Part shown: piece by piece, positions 8,427 through 16,766 of the stretch | Layout of the letters: every line of letters starts with the position of its first letter | Numbering within the stretch: the stretch's first letter is position 1 | Notes under the pieces: model-generated | Databases searched by the model: none | The model's input: only the letters and a program-made list of their open reading frames with translations | What the model was told of the DNA's origin: nothing | Position numbers and translations under genes: made by a program | Source: an uncultured Methanosarcinales archaeon | GTDB taxonomy: Archaea > Nanobdellota > Nanobdellia > Woesearchaeales > JAGLXL01 | Direction of reading: 5' to 3' | Length of the DNA stretch: 20,753 nt | Assembly: GCA_964472345.1 (NCBI GenBank) | Contig: CAYYLB010000011.1 | Span: 1 to 20,753 of the forward strand

Positions 8427-8507
8427 TGTTCACCGAAGCATGCTGGCACCTGCACAGGCATGTTCGGAGTGCAAATATTTATTAAGAAGCGCCCATCAGG
8501 AGCCGCC

Positions 8508-9263
8508 ATGGCACTCCTTTCGGCATCCGCAATCATCATCGCCCTTCTTCTGCTCATCATCGCCTCCATCAAGCAGGTCAACCAGTACGATCGGGGCGTC
8601 AAGTTCCGCTTCGGCAAGTATGTGGGCATGATGCAGCCCGGCTGGCGCATCATCATCCCCGTTATCGAGCGGTGGGCGCGCATCGACATCCGCACCCGGA
8701 CGCTGGACGTCGAGCCGCAGGACTGCGTCAGCAAGGACAACATCTCCATCAAGGTGAATGCGGTCGTCTATTACCATGTGCAGAGCGCGGAAAAGGCCGT
8801 GCTGGAGGTGGAGGACTTTGCCTATGCCGTTTCCCAGCTCTCCCAGACAACCATGCGGAACATCGTCGGCGAATTTGAGCTTGATGACATCCTGCAGCAG
8901 CGCGAGAAGATCAGCAAGGAAATTCAGGGCATCGTGGACAAGGCGACCGACCAGTGGGGCATCAAGGTCGAGAAGATCGAGCTGAAGGACATCAACCTTC
9001 CGGAGAACATGAAGCGCGCCATGGCGGCGCAGGCAGAGGCGGAGCGCGACCGCAGGGCGCGGATCACGCTCGCGACCGGAGAGGAGCAGGCTGCGTCCAA
9101 GCTTGCGGAAGCTGCGAAGAAGATCAGCGCGCAGCCTGCGGCGCTGCAGCTGAGGCTGTTCCAGACGATGTCCGAGATCGCGTCGGAGCGGAATTCGACG
9201 ATCATCCTGCCGGTTCCCGTCGAGCTGCTCGAATACCTGAAGAAGCTTGGGAAGGAGAAGTAA
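8508..9263 (+). CDS. SPFH/band-7 (stomatin/prohibitin-like) membrane protein.
   Basis: N-terminal TM 'ALLSASAIIIALLLLIIASI' followed by an SPFH core ('RTRTLDVEPQDCVSKDNISIKVNAVVYY...') and a coiled-coil tail. TATA atatttatta lies at 8475-8484. Confidence 0.8.
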   Translation: MALLSASAIIIALLLLIIASIKQVNQYDRGVKFRFGKYVGMMQPGWRIIIPVIERWARIDIRTRTLDVEPQDCVSKDNISIKVNAVVYYHVQSAEKAVLEVEDFAYAVSQLSQTTMRNIVGEFELDDILQQREKISKEIQGIVDKATDQWGIKVEKIELKDINLPENMKRAMAAQAEAERDRRARITLATGEEQAASKLAEAAKKISAQPAALQLRLFQTMSEIASERNSTIILPVPVELLEYLKKLGKEK

Positions 9264-9307
9264 GCTGCTGCGTCTTCGGCGTCATTTTTGGGACGCAGGC
9301 AACCTAT

Positions 9308-11035
9308 CTATCGCGCTGCCACAAGTTTTTCCATCACCACCATCTCTTTCTCCAGCGTCCCGTCCCCGATGGCGCGCGTCTCCTGCTCAAAATGCTTCCG
9401 GAATTCCTTGAAGAGAACCTGGTAGTGCGGCGAGACGCGCAACGGAAGCGACTGCCGCTCCCAGCGCCCCAGTGTGAGATCATCCTCGGAGGGGATCGCA
9501 ATGCCGCGCTCACGGGCTGTCCGCGGACGCTCACGCTCCTCTCCGCCCGCCCGCTCGTCAAGCATCCAGCTCCTCAGCAGGCTTGCGTAGCGCGACAGCA
9601 GGATGCCCTTGCGGATGCCGCTGCTGGCGAAATGCCCCGAAGCGCCCTGCGGGAAGGTGACCTGCGCCTCGCTGCCCTTGCGGTTGCCGTCGCGGTCATG
9701 GTACTGCACGCGGAGCGTCAGCCTGCCGTCATCGGACAGCTTCCTCAGCTTGAGCAGCACGAGGCCGCCCCGCGTCCCTTCGTCATTCGTTGCAGACGGG
9801 AAGAGCGTCGCGACCTTCATCAGCTCGCCTGTCGCCTCGCTCGCTTCCGGTGAGCCGAAGACCTTCTCGATTTCGTAGCCTTTCGCATCAAGCGTGAGCG
9901 TCAGATCGAAAACGAGCGGGGTCACCATGAAATCGAACTCGTCGCTCATCCGCTTCTTGAACTCAGTTGGTGAATGAACCGCATAGTAGTTCGCACCATT
10001 GGTTTTCGTTACGGCATCAACGAGCTCGCTGTTGAAATCAACGCCGATGCCGATGAAGGTCGTGAAGATGCCGCGTTCCGCATTGCGCTCGGTGATCTTC
10101 AGGATGTCGTCCTCATCGAGCAGGCCGATATTGGGCATCGCGTCGGTGAGGAAGATGATGCGGCTCTCGTAGCCCTGCGCTGCCGGTATTGATGAGAGCA
10201 GCTCCGTCGCCTGCTTCATGCCCGCGGAAAGGTGCGTGCCACCGCGTGCCTGCAGCTCCCGGACGTGCTGCTTGATGCTCTCAAGGCCCGCCTCCCGGAG
10301 AGGTCGCAGCTCCCTGGCAAGATATGCCTGGTCGTTAAAGAGCACGACGCCGAAGCGGTCCTCGGGCTTCAGGTGGTCCATCAGCGCGATGAGCGATTCA
10401 CGCGCAACCTCGATCTTGCTGCGCGCAGCCTCTTCTCCCTGATCGATAACGCTTCCGCTGCCGTCATAATAGTACCGGTCAAACTGCTCGTTCATGGAGC
10501 CGGAAATGTCGAGCACGACGACGAGATTGAGCTTCTTCCGCTGGAAGTCCTCTTCCCTGATTCCTGAATTGAGCCCGACGGAAAGGTAGTACTCGGGCTT
10601 TTGGGAGAGCGGATCGGCGGAAATGGCGGTGTGGTACGATGGGCAGAACAGCTCGGCACACGGCTGCGTTTCACCCGTATCAAAGTAATAATCGTAGAAG
10701 AGCCCTTCATAGGTGATGTCGGTAGGGAGCGGCAGGTAGCCTGCGGCAATGTTCTCGCGGAAGTTGCTGATGTCCTTGGCGCCGCCAGTGGAGAAGCCGA
10801 TGGATGCGGCCGATGCAGACTCAGCGGCTACTATGGTTGGTGAGCCTCCGCCACCCGAGCCTCCGGTTGAAGTGAATTGAGGCCTGCCGATGGCCACTTT
10901 CCCGCCTTCCTGTTCGCTTATCCCCGTGCTGACCTGGAGCGCGTTCAGGCCGTTCTTCTGCACGAGCACAACAACCGCAGTTACTGCAATAACGGCTATC
11001 GCCAGCACCATCAGCACTTTCAGCGGCTTACGCAT
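9308..11035 (-). CDS. N-terminally membrane-anchored von Willebrand factor A (VWA) domain protein with a poly-Gly linker.
   Basis: TM 'VLMVLAIAVIAVTAVVVLV', linker 'GGSGGGGSPTIVAAESASAA', and MIDAS motifs 'VLDISGSM'...'THLSAGM'...'LTDAMPN'. The start at 11035 lies 2 nt after the upstream gene's stop, indicating an operon. Confidence 0.75.
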   Translation of the reverse strand: MRKPLKVLMVLAIAVIAVTAVVVLVQKNGLNALQVSTGISEQEGGKVAIGRPQFTSTGGSGGGGSPTIVAAESASAASIGFSTGGAKDISNFRENIAAGYLPLPTDITYEGLFYDYYFDTGETQPCAELFCPSYHTAISADPLSQKPEYYLSVGLNSGIREEDFQRKKLNLVVVLDISGSMNEQFDRYYYDGSGSVIDQGEEAARSKIEVARESLIALMDHLKPEDRFGVVLFNDQAYLARELRPLREAGLESIKQHVRELQARGGTHLSAGMKQATELLSSIPAAQGYESRIIFLTDAMPNIGLLDEDDILKITERNAERGIFTTFIGIGVDFNSELVDAVTKTNGANYYAVHSPTEFKKRMSDEFDFMVTPLVFDLTLTLDAKGYEIEKVFGSPEASEATGELMKVATLFPSATNDEGTRGGLVLLKLRKLSDDGRLTLRVQYHDRDGNRKGSEAQVTFPQGASGHFASSGIRKGILLSRYASLLRSWMLDERAGGEERERPRTARERGIAIPSEDDLTLGRWERQSLPLRVSPHYQVLFKEFRKHFEQETRAIGDGTLEKEMVVMEKLVAAR

Positions 11036-12368
11036 AGGCACCACCCACCATCGCTGAAAGGTAATGGTCAGGCATCGGGAGCGCGCTCCACAGGAACATG
11101 ATGATACCGCCAAACAGCAGCAGCCAGAAGAGCGTCGCGCCGAAGGCGAAGAGCCCCATGCCAGCTCCTTCCCTTAGGCCAAGGTAGAGTGCGGGTGCAA
11201 AAACCAGGCCGAGCATGGCAAGGCCAACGAAGAGCGGCAACAGGACAAACATGAGGCCGGCGTATCCGTCGTGGTAGCTGCTCACGCGCGCTGCGTACCA
11301 GAGCACTCCGACGGCGCCGAAATAGACGAAGTACACCAGTACTGCGCTCACGAAGCTCACAAGGAGCGCTTTCGTGAGCGCAGCGCTTTTCGCTGCCTGT
11401 GCAGGATAGCTGCGCTTCAGGGGGCGGGAGAGGGTGTCCTTTCGCTGTGCGGAGGTGTGGCTGCTTCCGTAGCATTTCATTTGTGCGGCGAACCGCACGG
11501 CAAGCGTAGCAAGTGCCGCAAAAATCAGGGTGACTACTGCGATGATGATGAGGATCCGCCACTTGTAGAGCAGCAGCGAGGAGGAAGCGTACGCTGCCGT
11601 GACGTGGAAGCTCTCCCACGGATCGAGCGACTGTGTTTCTTTGACAAGGCCGGAGACGTGCTCGACGCGATCCGAGAGCTTGCTGAGGGTGCTTGCGGGG
11701 GCTCCACCGATTGGTGCGGCTTCCTTCGCAGAGATGGCGAGCGAAAACGCAGACTGGTAGTCGACAGCGGTCGTGCTGCCCTTGAGCTTGAAGTCAGGGA
11801 GCGCGTTCACTGCCACGCGGATGTGGTGCGTGTCCACTCCCATCCTGATGGTTTCAAAGTCCGCCTTCCAGACGCCGAGGCTTTTCTTCGCATAATCACC
11901 TGCTTTGTAGTACAGGAGAATCGTGGCACGCTCGTTCTGCTCCACTGGCACGGGCAGCTCAAATCTGAGCATCGTTGAGTGCGAGAGCGTTTCCTGCGTG
12001 TAAAGAACGGGGTAGTATTGAGCGGGGTAGTATTCCGGTCCATACCTCACGCCATCGCCGGAGCCGTACGGATCGTAGCGCCAGTCATCATACGCTTCCG
12101 CTTCCTGCATGATGCTGATGATGCGCACGCTGGTGCCGGGAATCTCGACGCTGAAACCATATAATGGCTCTGGCGGGAGATTGTTGAGCGAAAGCTTCGC
12201 GACCACCTCTGCTTCCCCTTCACCGTCGAAGATCACGGAGTAGTGCTGCGTGTTGGTGAGAAAGCGGTCGGGGGACGGGTCTCCGGGATAATCATAGGGG
12301 GAAGCCAACACTGCAGGCACGATGAGGACGAGCAGCAGCACCGCCGTTCTGAGAGGATTTGTGTTCAT
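11028..12368 (-). CDS. Polytopic membrane protein with a cleavable signal peptide, a ~250-aa extracytoplasmic domain and about 4 TM helices. First gene of the operon with the VWA protein.
   Basis: Signal 'MNTNPLRTAVLLLVLIVPAVLASP'. Hydrophobic helices run from 'WRILIIIAVVTLIF' onward. GGTGA sits 10 nt upstream of the ATG. Minus-strand TATA at 12404-12411. Confidence 0.6.
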   Translation of the reverse strand: MNTNPLRTAVLLLVLIVPAVLASPYDYPGDPSPDRFLTNTQHYSVIFDGEGEAEVVAKLSLNNLPPEPLYGFSVEIPGTSVRIISIMQEAEAYDDWRYDPYGSGDGVRYGPEYYPAQYYPVLYTQETLSHSTMLRFELPVPVEQNERATILLYYKAGDYAKKSLGVWKADFETIRMGVDTHHIRVAVNALPDFKLKGSTTAVDYQSAFSLAISAKEAAPIGGAPASTLSKLSDRVEHVSGLVKETQSLDPWESFHVTAAYASSSLLLYKWRILIIIAVVTLIFAALATLAVRFAAQMKCYGSSHTSAQRKDTLSRPLKRSYPAQAAKSAALTKALLVSFVSAVLVYFVYFGAVGVLWYAARVSSYHDGYAGLMFVLLPLFVGLAMLGLVFAPALYLGLREGAGMGLFAFGATLFWLLLFGGIIMFLWSALPMPDHYLSAMVGGAYA

Positions 12369-12430
12369 GGTCGCTTCACCGAAAGACGAAGGGGAAGCCT
12401 TCTATTTATACCCCGGAGTAAGCTGCAAAT

Positions 12431-12445
12431 GGGGTTGAAGTCTTC
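12431..12445 (-). promoter_or_regulatory. Box a of the conserved GAAGACTTCAACCCC element. It lies 22 nt upstream of the minus-strand TATA for the membrane/VWA operon. On the plus strand it is 6 nt upstream of a second TATA-like tatttaag (12452-12459).
   Basis: Direct read. The element aligns with the boxes at 16716-16729, 18478-18492 and 16553-16561. Confidence 0.5.
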
Positions 12446-12650
12446 CAAGCGTATTTAAGAGAGGGCTCCTTCTCTTCTGGAGAGCCGGAGGCTGCTGCTT
12501 TCGTGCGCTTCCGTGCGGCGTGTACGGAACGGCGGCAAACCACCATCGACGGCGAAGGCACGAGAGAACGGTTGTGCTGGGTGCGTTCCGAAACATTTAT
12601 AAGTACTACTAAAAAAGAGTAACAAATAAAAGGTTAAGGGGTATGTTCGC

Positions 12651-14183
12651 ATGAAGCTTCGCATGAAACGCAATTTGAACATCATGGCGATCGCCGCTCT
12701 TGCCTGTTTCCTGGCGCTCGTGATGCTGACATCAGCGCAGCAGGCAGCGGTCACGTTTCTGGAGCCGGTGAAAGTGCCGCACGGCGCAGACACCATCACG
12801 TTCGATAAGATCGGCCCTGTCTATTTCGGAGCGGACACGAATTATGAGGAACGGCAGACGGAGCGGTATATTGACCACAAGCTCTATGGCAAGGACGCGA
12901 AAACAAATGACTACCGGCTCGTCATTGATATGGATCCCATCCTCTGCCAGGCGAATGTTGAGCTGGCAGCGGTTGAGGAGCAGTACCGGGTTCCGAGCAG
13001 CCGGCTGACGGCTCTGGCAGACATCACTGACAAGGACGGAAAGCTCGTTGACTCGGGATTTGCGGAATGCACCTCCCAGCCGTACCTTGACGATGAGCGG
13101 CAGCGGGCATGTGTGTACCGCATCCCTTCATTCAAAAGCCTGGCGGGAGAGCAGGCGCGCGGCAACCGCTTCACCTGCACCATCAAGTTCCTTGATGACA
13201 ATGACAACGCGGTCGCGCAGGCAGCGTCACAGAAGCCTGCGGTGGTTGCGGATGTGAACTATCATGTCGCTAACATTGTTGACGAAGAGAAGGTTAACTA
13301 TGCGAGTCCGATTGCTGATTATGGGGATTTTAGCACGCAGTATCATTACTTTACTGATATCAGCGGTGTCCGCTCCCAGGAAGAGCTTGATGACACCCGC
13401 AGCAAAGAGAAGCTCGGGAAGGTGGTCTTTCATGGCATCATCGCAGTCACCATGAACCGCGAGGTTTCTCCCGTTCAGGTCATTCTGGACCGTGGGCTTG
13501 AGGCCTGCTTTGTTCATCCAACTCACAGCAATCGAATGATGGAGGTGGTTGGTGTGTCGATCGGTGATGAGGAGAAGCATGCAGGGGACGTGATGGTGGG
13601 GTTTTCTCCTGACATCGTCGAGCAGCTCAATGAGTGCAACCGCCAGGTGAGCACTGCACGAGGCGAAACGGAGTTGGGTGGAGAAAGCGGCCATGCAGTT
13701 TTTGGAGAGCATTATATCCTTCTCTCAAACACCAAAGAGTTTTTATGGGTCTATGATTCGGTGAAGAATCTCATTTCAAGGCATGAGCCTGTTGCCTTCA
13801 GCCACGAGATGGGACATGCCCGTGAGTTTGAAGAAACCGCAGGGTATGCTGCATGTGACGAGTACGACTACGAACTCTGGAAGAAACAGGATCAAGACTT
13901 CAAAGAAAGCGGTTTTCAAGGCTGTCCCAATCCATGGCCGCCCTGCTGCTGCGCCGAGGTGGATGGCACCAACTGCCTTGAGGTAAACGAGGCCTGTATG
14001 GGTACCGAGGAAATCAGGTCAAGAAGCACGGGGAGGGTCGTCATCCGCAGTCCTGTCTGCTATGGAATGCCCCTTGATTATTCTGAGCAGAACAAACTGG
14101 GCCCATTCATGGGTTTCAGCGTGATGGGAAAAGGAAACGCGTATCCTCTCTCCTTTCCGTCCCCATTGCCGAAGGTCGGGTAG
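12651..14183 (+). CDS. Secreted zincin-like metalloprotease candidate (HExxH) with a Cys-rich C-terminal region.
   Basis: Signal peptide 'MAIAALACFLALVMLTSAQQA'. 'AFSHEMGHAREFEE' has the HExxH plus downstream E arrangement. The C-terminal segment reads 'CPNPWPPCCCAEVDGTNCLEVNEACMG'. AAGGGG sits 10 nt upstream of the ATG, and tttataag lies at 12596-12603. Confidence 0.55.
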   Translation: MKLRMKRNLNIMAIAALACFLALVMLTSAQQAAVTFLEPVKVPHGADTITFDKIGPVYFGADTNYEERQTERYIDHKLYGKDAKTNDYRLVIDMDPILCQANVELAAVEEQYRVPSSRLTALADITDKDGKLVDSGFAECTSQPYLDDERQRACVYRIPSFKSLAGEQARGNRFTCTIKFLDDNDNAVAQAASQKPAVVADVNYHVANIVDEEKVNYASPIADYGDFSTQYHYFTDISGVRSQEELDDTRSKEKLGKVVFHGIIAVTMNREVSPVQVILDRGLEACFVHPTHSNRMMEVVGVSIGDEEKHAGDVMVGFSPDIVEQLNECNRQVSTARGETELGGESGHAVFGEHYILLSNTKEFLWVYDSVKNLISRHEPVAFSHEMGHAREFEETAGYAACDEYDYELWKKQDQDFKESGFQGCPNPWPPCCCAEVDGTNCLEVNEACMGTEEIRSRSTGRVVIRSPVCYGMPLDYSEQNKLGPFMGFSVMGKGNAYPLSFPSPLPKVG

Positions 14184-14448
14184 GACAATCATCCCCGTTC
14201 TCTGGCTCGTTCTTTTGGCCAGTTCATCCTGCGCGTGCTGCCTGCCACTCCGTGCCGCTCCGCGGAGCATGGCTTGTTCTTGTCGATTGCGCCGGCCTTA
14301 TGGGCAGCGCGGGTTGACACCGGAACCGGCAGGGCGTTCCCATCGGTGCGATAGTTGACGAAAATTTGCTTTATAGTGCAAACTTTTTACCTATTTCTTT
14401 GCAGTATAATGCAAACATTTATAAACAACTGTCGCTTCTTCCCCTGCT

Positions 14449-15684
14449 ATGCTTCGAGATAGGCTCATCCTGCAGCAGCGGGAGCTGGATCAGAAACGGA
14501 AAGAGCGCTACATCCCGCGCAACGTCCCCACACCCCCCCTAGAGCTCATCACCATCATCATCGGCCCGAGGAGAGCGGGCAAGTCCACCTTTGCCATCCG
14601 CGCCTTTGACGCTCCATTCGCATACGTGAACTTTGACGATGAGCTCCTGGCAGGCACCGAGAACTATGATGAGATTCTTGCGGGTTTGGATTCGCTCTAT
14701 GGTAATCCTTCCGCCTACCTTTTTGACGAAATTCAGAACCTGCCGAAGTGGGAGCTCTTTGTCAACCGGTTGCATCGGTCTGGGAAAAAAGTGCTCATCA
14801 CAGGAAGCAACGCCCATCTTCTCAGCAAGGAGCTGGCAACACACCTCACGGGGCGCCATCTTCCTGTCATCCTCTTTCCTTTTTCATTTCCCGAAGCGCT
14901 CAAGCTCGAGCAGCGGGAGCTGACGGTTCCGGAAATCAAGAGCCGGCTGCAAACCTACCTTGTCAGGGGGGGTTACCCCGAAACGCTCCTGAAGGGTATC
15001 GACCACAAAGAATATCTCACGACATTATTTGCTTCCACCATCTATAAGGATATTGTCGGCCGTTTCCGCATCCGGAACCCCCGCTCCATCGAGAATCTCG
15101 CCGTCTATCTCCTTTCGAATGTCGGAAAAGAATTCTCCTTGAACACGCTTCGCCAGCTTACCCGGAGCAAGAGTTTCCACACCGTAGAGAAGTATGTGGG
15201 TTATCTTGAGGAAGCATTCCTCTTTTTCTCGCTGCAATCGTTTTCCTACAAGCTCAGGGAACGGGGGGCACGAAAGAAGATCTATTGCATCGACAACGGC
15301 CTCATCACGGCAGCAGCGTTCCAGATCAGCCCGGACATCGGCAGGCTGTCGGAGAATGTGGTGGCAATCCAGCTCAGGAAGGAAGAGCTGCGCGGCCGCT
15401 GCCAGCTCTTTTTCTGGAAAAACCCGCAGCAGGAAGAGATCGACTTTGTGGTGAAGAAAGGCGTGGCCGTTGCGGAACTCATCCAGGTATGCCACGCGCT
15501 TCCCGGCCAGAAAACGAAGGAACGGGAAATCCGGGCGCTGCTGAAGGCATCCCGCGAGCTCCGCTGCAAGAAGCTTACCGTAGTCACGGGGGAGCAGGAA
15601 GGAGAAGAAACACTGGAATGGTTCGGCATCGAGCGGAAGCTCCGGTTCGTTCCCCTGTGGAAATGGCTGCGGGAAAGGGACTAG
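14449..15684 (+). CDS. AAA+ ATPase of the DUF4143/COG1373 type.
   Basis: Walker A 'GPRRAGKST', Walker B 'AYLFDEIQ', and a C-terminal DUF4143-like region. TATA tttataaa (14418-14425) lies 28 nt upstream. Confidence 0.8.
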   Translation: MLRDRLILQQRELDQKRKERYIPRNVPTPPLELITIIIGPRRAGKSTFAIRAFDAPFAYVNFDDELLAGTENYDEILAGLDSLYGNPSAYLFDEIQNLPKWELFVNRLHRSGKKVLITGSNAHLLSKELATHLTGRHLPVILFPFSFPEALKLEQRELTVPEIKSRLQTYLVRGGYPETLLKGIDHKEYLTTLFASTIYKDIVGRFRIRNPRSIENLAVYLLSNVGKEFSLNTLRQLTRSKSFHTVEKYVGYLEEAFLFFSLQSFSYKLRERGARKKIYCIDNGLITAAAFQISPDIGRLSENVVAIQLRKEELRGRCQLFFWKNPQQEEIDFVVKKGVAVAELIQVCHALPGQKTKEREIRALLKASRELRCKKLTVVTGEQEGEETLEWFGIERKLRFVPLWKWLRERD

Positions 15685-15742
15685 GGCGGTAGCGCGGCGC
15701 CAAGGCTTCTTGCAGCCTGCTTCGAGAACCTTGTGCTCATGC

Positions 15743-16471
15743 TCACTCTATCTCGAACCCCACGTCCACCTGCACGCTCACCGTGACGTCGCGGGGGCTG
15801 ATGGCGGTCTGTTCTGCCGCAAGCTCGCTCCGCGCGTAGAAGATGGGCGGGACAAAGCCAAGCTCGCTCACGGACACTGCTTTCCCGAGCGCGACGCCGA
15901 GGCTTTCTGCGATGACTGCCGCCCGCTCCCGCGCGTCGCCCGCGGCTTTTGCGAGCAGCTCTGCGTGGACGGCCCTCTGCTTCCCGTCCGAGAGGGTGAA
16001 CGCGATGGACTGGACGGTGTTCGCTCCGTTTTCCACGGCAGCGTCAACCAGCGCTCCGACGCCATCAAGTTTCGTTGTCGTGACCATGATGGTATGGTCC
16101 AGCCGGAACCCCTTGTCCACGCTCTTGCCGAGCAGCGGGTCCCATTCCTGGAAAGGATAGAGCGCATACGTGGTCGTTTCGATCTCATCGTCCCTGACGC
16201 CGGTGTCCTTGAGCGCCCGCATCACCTGATTCATCTGCGCGCGGCTGCGCTCCTGCACCTGCTTTGCGTCTTTCCCTTCGGTGCTCACGCCCAGCGCGAC
16301 CAGCGCCTTGTCGGGAGCGACGTCTTTCTGGGCAGAGCCTGACACCCGTACCTGATTCATGCTGCCATCGCCTGAAACGACGATCTGCCGCTCGCCGAGG
16401 CTGAAGAAGAGCGCTGCGGCAAGCAGGACGAGCACGCCGAGCGTGATGCTGTACAAGGTCTTTTCGTTCAT
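15743..16471 (-). CDS. SIMPL/DUF541-family (BP26/OMP28-like) periplasmic-type protein with an N-terminal TM/signal.
   Basis: 'LVLLAAALFF' anchor followed by SIMPL-like 'IVVSGDGSMNQVRVSGSAQKDVAPDKALVALGV...' and beta-rich repeats. Minus-strand TATA at 16503-16516. Confidence 0.7.
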   Translation of the reverse strand: MNEKTLYSITLGVLVLLAAALFFSLGERQIVVSGDGSMNQVRVSGSAQKDVAPDKALVALGVSTEGKDAKQVQERSRAQMNQVMRALKDTGVRDDEIETTTYALYPFQEWDPLLGKSVDKGFRLDHTIMVTTTKLDGVGALVDAAVENGANTVQSIAFTLSDGKQRAVHAELLAKAAGDARERAAVIAESLGVALGKAVSVSELGFVPPIFYARSELAAEQTAISPRDVTVSVQVDVGFEIE

Positions 16472-16533
16472 GGGGAGATCACCGCCGCCGATAATGGGCT
16501 TCTTTTATTTAAATGGTGCGGAAAGCTTCGGCG

Positions 16534-16562
16534 GCGGTTGAAGTTATCTCTTCTTCAACCGC
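16534..16562. terminator. Strong hairpin with a 10-bp stem (gcggttgaag / cttcaaccgc) and a 9-nt loop. It contains the stop codon of the 35-aa ORF and doubles as box d (ACTTCAACCGCC) 22 nt upstream of the SIMPL-gene TATA.
   Basis: Perfect inverted repeat read directly from the sequence. Confidence 0.45.
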
Positions 16563-16651
16563 TCCCGTATCGCCATCACCACGACGAACACCACGATCGC
16601 CACCGCGGCGCCGAGCAGGAACCAGAGCAGGACGTCGGGCTGCTGCATCAT
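16544..16651 (-). CDS. 35-aa single-TM micro-protein MMQQPDVLLWFLLGAAVAIVVFVVVMAIRERLKKR. It is below the ORF-track length cutoff.
   Basis: ATG-ATG start. It has its own minus-strand TATA (16686-16694) preceded by box b. It is closely similar to the C-terminal TM anchor of the 17709..18437 regulator ('QQSDAVVWFLLGAAVTIIAVIIIAILWKYSRKKKQKG'). Confidence 0.45.
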   Translation of the reverse strand: MMQQPDVLLWFLLGAAVAIVVFVVVMAIRERLKKR

Positions 16652-16715
16652 GGATTGCGGGGTGTATCATGCAAGCATCCGGCAGCATTTAAACAGCTTC
16701 TGATAGCTGCAACGC

Positions 16716-16729
16716 GGATTGAAGTCTTC
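16716..16729. promoter_or_regulatory. Box b (GGATTGAAGTCTTC; minus-strand reading GAAGACTTCAATCC). It lies 23 nt upstream of the minus TATA for the micro-protein. On the plus strand it is 6 nt upstream of TATA tttaaataa (16736-16744), which serves the gene at 16767.
   Basis: Direct read. The box sits in a bidirectional promoter arrangement. Confidence 0.5.
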
Positions 16730-16766
16730 GCTGGGTTTAAATAATTTCTTGCCCAGCACTTTCTTC

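Noticed and set aside
8954-9853. ORF 8954..9853(+), 299 aa, spanning the stomatin 3' end and antisense to the VWA gene.
   Set aside because: It overlaps two better-supported genes and has an Arg/Ala/Gly-rich shadow composition.
11068-11978. ORFs 11068..11619(-) and 11271..11978(+) inside the polytopic membrane-protein gene.
   Set aside because: They are alternative frames of a gene supported by signal peptide, TM helices and operon spacing.
15025-16342. ORFs antisense to the AAA+ ATPase (15025..15495-, 15282..15629-) and to the SIMPL gene (15710..16342+, 15843..16160+).
   Set aside because: Both host genes have clear family motifs and promoters. The antisense frames have none.
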